Assembly: GCA_032718475.1 (NCBI GenBank)
Contig: JAUCBJ010000623.1
Span: 1-39,456 of the forward strand
Reading direction: 5' to 3'
Source: Nemertoderma westbladi
Lineage: Eukaryota; Animalia; Xenacoelomorpha
DNA: 39,456 bases
Part shown: positions 32,438 through 39,456 of the stretch, piece after piece
Numbering within the stretch: position 1 is the stretch's first letter
Layout of the letters: each line of letters begins with the position of its first letter
Translations under genes and position numbers: made by a program
The notes under the pieces: model-generated
What the model was told of the DNA's origin: nothing
What the model saw: only the letters and a program-made list of their open reading frames with translations
The model's database searches: none

Positions 32438-32722
32438 TCAGTTCCACGCTTCTTCTGGCCATTCCATTCTTTTTTCATCTTTCTTTTCGTCTTCTTTCAT
32501 TACACCTTTTTCATAAATCGATCTACCATTCCTATATTGGCAGTATTTCAGAAGATGGTCTTTTTCCGCCGCTTCAGCAAAGAAATGCCTGCTAATATTT
32601 GGGCATTGAATTGTCTTTTGGTTGGGATTATTTTTTCTACATTTTCTCAAATGTCTGACGAATCTGTCCACATGGATTCTATGGCTAGGTTCATATGGAC
32701 AGATGATGTAGTCATTATCCAT
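32438..32722 (-). CDS. GTSF1/Asterix-like protein with two U11-48K CHHC zinc fingers, 94 aa, intronless
   Basis: CPYEPSHRI...RF..HL.KCRKNNP parallels GTSF1 finger 1. Second finger CPNISRH...HLLKYC. Acidic Trp tail EWPEEAWN. Confidence 0.8.
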   Translation of the reverse strand: MDNDYIICPYEPSHRIHVDRFVRHLRKCRKNNPNQKTIQCPNISRHFFAEAAEKDHLLKYCQYRNGRSIYEKGVMKEDEKKDEKRMEWPEEAWN

Positions 32723-33037
32723 TATATTATTATTATTATTAAAATTTTAACTAATTAATTAATTAATCAATGTCTTAATGAATATAGAAGTGGCCTATTT
32801 TCGACAAATAAAATTTATAAGATATCAAAATTTAATGTATTTTTATTTTTATAATTATCATAATCACATTATAAAATCACACACCATAATAGAATAATAA
32901 TAATAATTAATTTATCCACCACCACCACCACAATAGAATAGACTAACGGCAGACAACTCGTTAATGGTGGTGGTGGCCCATTGCTCACTTCGCGCAGCAC
33001 GAAGACCCCACGAACGTTGCAGTTATTGTTTGAAGGT

Positions 33038-33440
33038 TTACCTACAATGTATTTTCTTTACAGGTTCACCCTCTTTAATATCCTCCCCACCAACCCCTTC
33101 GGGGTCGCTGACGTCTTCATATATCGACGTAATTTCTGGTTTTTTCGCCATAAGTTCTAGCTTTAGCTTGATAGCTTTTTCCTTCACTGCTCGTGGCGTT
33201 TTCTGCAGAGGTTCATTCTCTATTCCAACGGCGTCTTCCGGTTTTTTTTTTTCAAAAAGATCGATTCTTTTCTCGATCGCTTGCGGTATGCTCGCTGCTT
33301 TGAGTATCATCGTTCGGCATTTCTATTTTCAAGAGCTCCGAGTCCATCACCTCATCAATTGCGGCCTCAACAATCAACCGTTTTACTGGTAGAAAGTCAC
33401 ACTCCTCCGGGATAGGGTGTTCAATGTACATTTGTAATTT
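33038..33440 (-). pseudogene. Charged (Lys/Glu-rich) ORF remnant of unknown function, probably frameshifted and 5'-truncated by the CR1 insertion
   Basis: The called ORF 33038-33310 overlaps an upstream open frame MYIEHPIPEECDFLPVKRLIVEAAIDEVMD. Confidence 0.35.
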
Positions 33441-33446
33441 CTTTAA

Positions 33447-35000
33447 TTAGCTCGATGTTGGCCCGATATTGCGGAATAAAAATGACTTTAATTTGGTCCA
33501 AAATATGTCATCATCATCACTGGCAACGCCACTAAATGGAAAAATATTGTAATGGCAGAATATACAGTAAATCTCACTGTCATTACAATTACTGACAGTG
33601 GTTTGTATCTGGTCTGCCTGAAGACGCGTACCGCACTGATAATGAAATACACAATTACAAATTGCACATGATATAGTTAGATCTATATATATAGTTAGAT
33701 AGTTAGATGAACAATTGAGATTTCTTGGTAGGCAAGGATATGATGTCATGGGGATAGTGGGGGTGGGGGGGATAATAATACAATAAGACAAAAAATAAGG
33801 GTGAATATAAAGGCAAACATCGTAAGCAGCTCCTGCGTATTACTACACTTTCTTTTTATTCTAAAGGTTCATTAACCTAACTACAAAAAAGTAAAGAATT
33901 TTACTCATATGACATACTGTATATCTATCTAGATTGTTTATATAAAATATTATCGATTTCATGAAAAGAAAACTCCCATGAAATATATACGGCAATTGCC
34001 AAATTTCTTCCATTTACTGTATTTACTAGATCACATTATTGTTCTTCGAATATAAAAAAAGGAAAAAAAACTTCCATAAATTTTCTAAATAATCTAAACG
34101 TTCAGACTTTGCAATTCAGACCGTTGTATATATTACGGTCCCGAATCACGATAGAGAAATAGGCCTACTGGATTCCTCCGTTACATTTCCCAAAAAAACA
34201 AACCGAGAGTGGTTTATTATGGTTTAAGTTCTCGGACTGGAATTCGCTTGAGTAGAGCCACCATAAGTTAGCTCTACAACGTCCGCAAGTGTTGAAACTC
34301 GAATAGGACTTCGTTCAGAAGATACCTTTACAAAGGTAGATCCATTTCTTGTGTAGACAGAGGCGACTTTACCTGTTTACGGTCCTTATTGAGGGCGTTA
34401 GTCTTGCGAAAAATCTCAGCACGCTTAGATGTTCGGTAATATATACTCCAGAAGGAAGGCTCGATCGGTTATTAAAGCAGGTTATACTTTGGCTGTGCCC
34501 GTAGAAACGGACAACTAGAGGGCGAATTTTAGGGCTAATAGTGGGATGGTGTTTGCCTATCCGGTGATATACAGATATACATCGACCTGGGATGCTTCTA
34601 CGTGCATCGCAGACAACAGTTGGTCTAGTTTCTTAGGCTCAACGGTTGCATCAGTTGATTCCGCGACACCGTGTATTAACAAATTTGTACGTCGAGCGTA
34701 CTGCAGTGCTGATTTAACTCGTCGATCTCATCGCGAAGTTCTTTATTTTCCGCATCTACAGCCACTACCTGAGTCTCTAGATGCAGCAGTGATGGAGTGA
34801 TGTCTGTAGTGGGTGTATTAGTGCTGTATCTGTTTTTATTTGCTTGATGTCATCACGAATTTCATTCATCACATCGATAAGGGTTGGTCCGACATCCTTC
34901 CAAGAGCCATGGCGGATTGAAATTGTCTTTACAGCTTTACGGACTGACGGATGTGAGTTTCGATTGATAGAAGTTACAGAGTTAGGCAAAGAGTAGTGTA
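33447..35000 (-). mobile_element. Degenerate 5' portion of a CR1-group LINE (ORF1 remnants and PHD-like start of ORF2)
   Basis: The minus strand reads QYARRTNLLIHGVAES (~34658-34705) and CAICNCVFHYQC...IYCIFC..NIFPFS. Confidence 0.65.
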
Positions 35001-35542
35001 GTGTTTAATATTACCGGTATAGTACCGCACCGGTAGTCTCAGAGTATGTGCTGCTTACAGGAGTAGCCTACTGTACTGTAGTCTAGTCACATTCAGCAGT
35101 TTCATAACACAGTACAGTACCGTATCTCGGATGTGTCAAGGACTGTCAAAATATATAATTCCTTTACAGTAGGCCTACAGCAGTATACAGTATAATTCAT
35201 TAAACATAACAAAATTAATTACCAGTCACGCAGTCAGCCAGTTAAAATTAATTACCGGTATCAGTTTATAGGCCTACTTTACCAATCTTATACATTGACA
35301 AGAATTTTAGGCCTACAAAATTAATTATGAATTAATGTTGAATAATTATTATTAAGATCAAAAAAGCACAAAAAAGTCAAGAAAAGCACAAAAAAAGTAA
35401 AAAAAAGCACAAAAGAAGCACAAAAAAAGAAAAAAAATGCACAGAACACAAGCAACAGAGGAGGGACCCTGTACCGGTACCGCATGCGTACTGACCGGTA
35501 TTGCCTCTACAGCTCTATTGCCAGATTGCTGACTCAGGCTGT

Positions 35543-36902
35543 CAGGGATGCAGGATGGTTAAAACAAATAAAACCTAATTTTAAAAAAAACAAAATTAGG
35601 TTTTTTCTTTAATTAAATAAAACCTAATAAAACCTAAAAAAAACCTAATAAAACCTAAATTTTCCTACGAAAATTATGAAATTATTCGAGAACCAATGAC
35701 TTAATTGCTGTTTCGGTTTTGAAGGTTGTAAGTGCAGAAGTGTAACACCCACTAAATCGACCATTGCGCAGTTGCGGTTTCATTGCGCCTACTCTCAAGT
35801 CTGTGAAGCAATTGCAAGTATGACTTATTAACTTATATTAATCTCACCAAACTATGGCAAAACTATCGTACACGTACAGACGTACAGTACTGCGTACTGC
35901 TGCGTCTGACAGTAAGCCTAACCTATACATAGTTAACATTAAACATAGATTAAACACATTAACCATTTAGTGGGCCTTTCAGCCTTTGTGCAGCTCATCA
36001 TTGAGAAAATTTGTTACAGTGTTAAGTTTAAGTACGGTACCGGCAGACCGGTACCACTCGAAAGGATGATAAATTGATAAACAATTTAGGAGAATTTTGC
36101 CGGCCTTTGCCCCACCCCACTCCTGCAGCTGCACTCACTAGCCAGCCCAGCTAGTGGACTATTTCGCCTCCGAGCACCTAGCAGTCGGCAGGTCGGGGAG
36201 AAGTTCAAATTTCAACTGAGTTGAAATTTAAAACTTTTTTTAAAATTCATCTTTTAAGTTGTAAATTCAACTCTAAAATGGCAGGAGGCCCGCCCAGAAG
36301 GGCCCCAAGACGTCACAGAAGGGTGTTTTTATTGTTTTTATGGGTGTAACTCGAAAAATCAACCCTCATTACTGATGGAATAAAAACTTTCACCGTCGGG
36401 ATTACATTTTTTAAAAACATTTTAAGTGATTACATTTGCAAATTAGCTGAAATACCGGTACTACAGGAATTTATTAGATGTATTAAATTACCCTATAGGC
36501 ATATGTCATAATTATTATACAATGGAATACCAGTAGGCCTAATGGATTCCAATTATATATTTCAGTATTTCCAAAACTACTCCAAAAGTCTGAAAGTTGA
36601 ATTTTAATAAAAAGTTGAATTTTAAAAAATAAAGTTGAAATTTCAACTCAGTTGAAAATAGAACTCCCCGACTGGCTAATGTCTAATCGAACCGTCTTAT
36701 CTTATCAGATCTTATCGAACTTATCAGTATAAACAAACAACGAAATGTGAGGATTTTCCCCCATACCCAATAATTAGGCCAACGGATTGCACTCTCGTGG
36801 CAGACTGGAATAAAACCCAATAAAACCTAATAATTTTTACACTAGGTTTTTTATTAAAACCTAATAATAAAACCTAATATTAAAACCTAATTGCCATCCC
36901 CC
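35543..36902. mobile_element. hAT-like non-autonomous element
   Basis: CAGGGATG left end, TTGCCATCCC right end and AAAACCTAA subterminal repeats at both ends; no TSD found. Confidence 0.55.
36192..36672. mobile_element. MITE nested in the hAT-like element
   Basis: GTCGGGGAG..TTCAACTGAGTTGAAATTT is inverted as AAATTTCAACTCAGTTGAA..CTCCCCGAC. Confidence 0.65.
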
Positions 36903-36937
36903 GATCGATGGCGGCGGAGTCTATTACAGTATTACCT

Positions 36938-37303
36938 ACGGTGGCTGAAAGCGGCCAAACAATATTAATTAAGCGTTTTTTTTTTAAATTTCAACCCGGG
37001 TTGAAAATAATATCAACCCGGGTTGAAAATAATATCAACCCGGGTTGAAAATAATATCAACCCGGGTTGAAAATAATATCAATAATATCAACCCGGGTTG
37101 AAAATAATATCAACCCGGGTTGAAAATAATATCAACCCGGGTTGAAAATAATATCAACCCGGGTTGAAAATAATATCAACCCGGGTTGAAAATAATATCA
37201 ACCCGGGTTGAAAATAATATCAACCCGGGTTGAAAATAATATCAACCCGGGTTGAAAATAATATCAACCCGGGTTGAAAATAATATCAACCCGGGTTGAA
37301 AAT
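36938..37303 (+). repeat. IS3EU-like end followed by a 22-bp tandem array (14 copies plus a partial unit) with palindromic core TCAACCCGGGTTGA
   Basis: TACGGTGGCTGAAAGCGGCCAA at 36938; array 36991-37303 with unit TCAACCCGGGTTGAAAATAATA. Confidence 0.85.
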
Positions 37304-37613
37304 ACTTGCATGTGACCAATGACAATTCGTTCTATGAACTCTTTTGTTGATGAGGTGTGGCGGGAAATATAAATATAATATATATATGTAGGTATCACTC
37401 AGCCAATGCAGCAATGCAATGTCCGAAATTCCACATACAGAGTACAGATATACTGCAGTACTGCCAGACTGCTGTACTGGCATAGCAGCATAGGTTATAA
37501 TTACTGTAGTAATAGGTTATCCTTTCCTTATCCTTATCCGGTACCTGCTGATTTGCACTGCAGTACGGTAGGCCATAGGCAGGTAGGCCTTCTTTATTTT
37601 GAATTGAAATGAA

Positions 37614-39053
37614 ATGATATTATCAGGACCCTTATCTAGGCAGCGAAGGGAAGAACTATCCGATTTAAGGAGAGCCATCAACGACCGTGTAAACGAGATC
37701 GAGATGAATAATAGGCGTGAAAGCCGTGAACGAGAACCCGAAGCAGCTGTTACCGGTAATCCATTCGCAGAAGCGGATGGCGCCCCGCTTCAGGGAGCGG
37801 GAGGCTTATTTGTACCGGTAACTGCCGGTGCTGGTGACATTCATGACGACGACGATTTCGAATCGACCAGCACGTCTTCCCGCATGCATAGGCCCATCAT
37901 TGCTGGTCTGAGTTCCAGTCGTCGTAACTCACGCCTGGGCCAGGGCCGAGGCCGACCAACTACAACGACTAAAGTTGTTATAGTGAAGTTTAAAATTGGT
38001 CAAGGTCGAGGAGACATTTACAACCAAAGTAAAATTGAGAGCATGGTCATCAAAAAACCACTGGGCGAATCAAATGCTCTAAAAATGTCTTTACCGATGG
38101 ATCTGCCTTTGCTTGCTGTTAAAAACCTAATAATAAATAAACTTTTCGATGGCAATGGAAAAAACGAAGCTTTAAATGACCATGACCTACCGGACCACCA
38201 CAGTGCCTATCATTTTCAGCTAACAAACATGGATGGTAATGTGCTACAGTACGGTACACTGCGCCAGTATACTACTGAAAAATGTGTTATGGGGACACCA
38301 AAGATAGCAATTGTAGCGATTCAAGTTGGGGGTGTTATGGGCGGGCCTGGAGATGGTATGGTCGGAGCCGGGGGAGGGATGGTCGGAGACAGACGTGGCG
38401 ATGGTATGGTCGGAGCCGGGGGAGGGGTTGTCGGAGACAGACGTAGCGATGGTATGGTCGGAGCCGGGGGAGGGGTTGTCGGAGACAGACGTGGCGATGG
38501 TATGGTCGGAGCCGGGGGAGGGGTTGTCGGAGACAGACGTGGCGATGGTATGGTCGGAGCCGGGGGAGGGGTTGTCGGAGACAGACGTGGCGATGGTATG
38601 GTCGGAGCCGGGGGAGGGGTTGTCGGAGACAGACGTGGCGATGGTATGGTCGGAGCCGGGGGAGGGGTTGTCGGAGACAGACGTGGCGATGGTATGGTCG
38701 GAGCCGGGGGAGGGGTTGTCGGAGACAGACGTGGCGATGGTATGGTCGGAGCCGGGGGAGGGGTTGTCGGAGACAGACGTGGTGATGGTATGGTCGGAGC
38801 CGGAGATGGGATGGTTGGATCTTACTTTGACTTGGAGCCTCGCCGTCTTATGTGTCCGAATTGTTCAACATCTCGTCCACGTAGACAGGCAATATGCCTG
38901 AACTGTGAAGAAAGTAATTTAGAAAGTGCTGATACAAGTATAGAGGTGGACGGTGATATCATTGATATTACAGAGGAACCCACCGATGAACCCAAGCAGT
39001 TTAACAAGGCAAGGAACTGTTTGTATTCAACCCACGCACGCTTGACGCTGTGA
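37614..39053 (+). CDS. Uncharacterised 479-aa ORF with a 16-aa Gly-rich repeat and a CxxC...CxxC zinc ribbon; probably transposon-associated
   Basis: Long ATG-initiated ORF with non-repetitive flanks and CPNC...CLNC. It lies just inside a transposon-like end. Confidence 0.55.
   Translation: MILSGPLSRQRREELSDLRRAINDRVNEIEMNNRRESREREPEAAVTGNPFAEADGAPLQGAGGLFVPVTAGAGDIHDDDDFESTSTSSRMHRPIIAGLSSSRRNSRLGQGRGRPTTTTKVVIVKFKIGQGRGDIYNQSKIESMVIKKPLGESNALKMSLPMDLPLLAVKNLIINKLFDGNGKNEALNDHDLPDHHSAYHFQLTNMDGNVLQYGTLRQYTTEKCVMGTPKIAIVAIQVGGVMGGPGDGMVGAGGGMVGDRRGDGMVGAGGGVVGDRRSDGMVGAGGGVVGDRRGDGMVGAGGGVVGDRRGDGMVGAGGGVVGDRRGDGMVGAGGGVVGDRRGDGMVGAGGGVVGDRRGDGMVGAGGGVVGDRRGDGMVGAGGGVVGDRRGDGMVGAGDGMVGSYFDLEPRRLMCPNCSTSRPRRQAICLNCEESNLESADTSIEVDGDIIDITEEPTDEPKQFNKARNCLYSTHARLTL
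38352..38818 (+). repeat. 48-bp coding tandem repeat, ~10 copies (GDGMVGAGGGVVGDRR)
   Basis: Near-identical units are directly visible. Confidence 0.95.
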
Positions 39054-39214
39054 TGATGGATCACCTATTCCAAATTGAATGGACTGATGATGCTGACAGT
39101 AATCGACGTCGACGTGAACGACGGACGGTGATTTTCTGGAAAGATTTCCTCCAAGACCTACAGGGTTCGTCTAAAACCCAGATACCATAATTAATTAATA
39201 TACCATATCTACTA

Positions 39215-39456
39215 AGGGGTCATCCATAAAAGACGTCCGAGAAAATCCCGAATTTTTGGACCCCCCCCTCCCCCCTGTCCGCGAATGTCCGGTTTTTGAC
39301 CCCCCCTCCCCCCTATTCGGACGTCCGAATTTTAGAAAATAAAACAGAACTAGTAAAGAATAGGGGACCGCAGTACTGACCAGTACATTATCAAACTGAA
39401 ACTACTTATTAGCCAGTATAATATAGCGTTACGGTACGGGCTTAATACATTGTAAT
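39215..39456. mobile_element. Left end of a PIF/Harbinger-like MITE running off the window
   Basis: AGGGGTCATCCATAAAAGACGTCC followed by two GACCCCCCCTCCCCC motifs; other end not seen. Confidence 0.4.

Noticed and set aside
36991-37303. CRISPR-like palindromic array
   Set aside because: The sequence between palindromes is identical (no unique spacers), there are no cas genes, and the context is eukaryotic.

Overview
Repeat-dense eukaryotic DNA, probably from an invertebrate animal (species not determinable from sequence). It consists almost entirely of nested transposable elements. An L2-group LINE (~678-26056, +) is split by two insertions: a palindromic IS3EU-like element in ORF1, itself hit by an hAT-like MITE, and a 17.8-kb BEL/Pao-type LTR retroelement (4416-22191, TSD ATACT) in the ORF2 endonuclease. 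The LTR element is the standout. It has apparently identical 1906-bp LTRs ending TA...TA, and its gag-protease-integrase polyprotein has no RT/RNase H. It carries an extra triple zinc-knuckle ORF, a tRNA-like Pol III unit inside the LTR and eight dispersed copies of one hairpin motif. It has no tRNA PBS: the 11 nt after the 5' LTR are exactly complementary to a site inside its own LTR, suggesting Tf1-like self-priming. The right third holds an intronless, frameshifted type II membrane fibrinogen-domain gene, CRE and CR1 LINE fragments, several MITEs, a compact GTSF1/Asterix-like CHHC gene beside a possible Polinton end, and a repeat-containing ORF behind an IS3EU-like end. All calls come from reading the sequence by eye; no searches were run.
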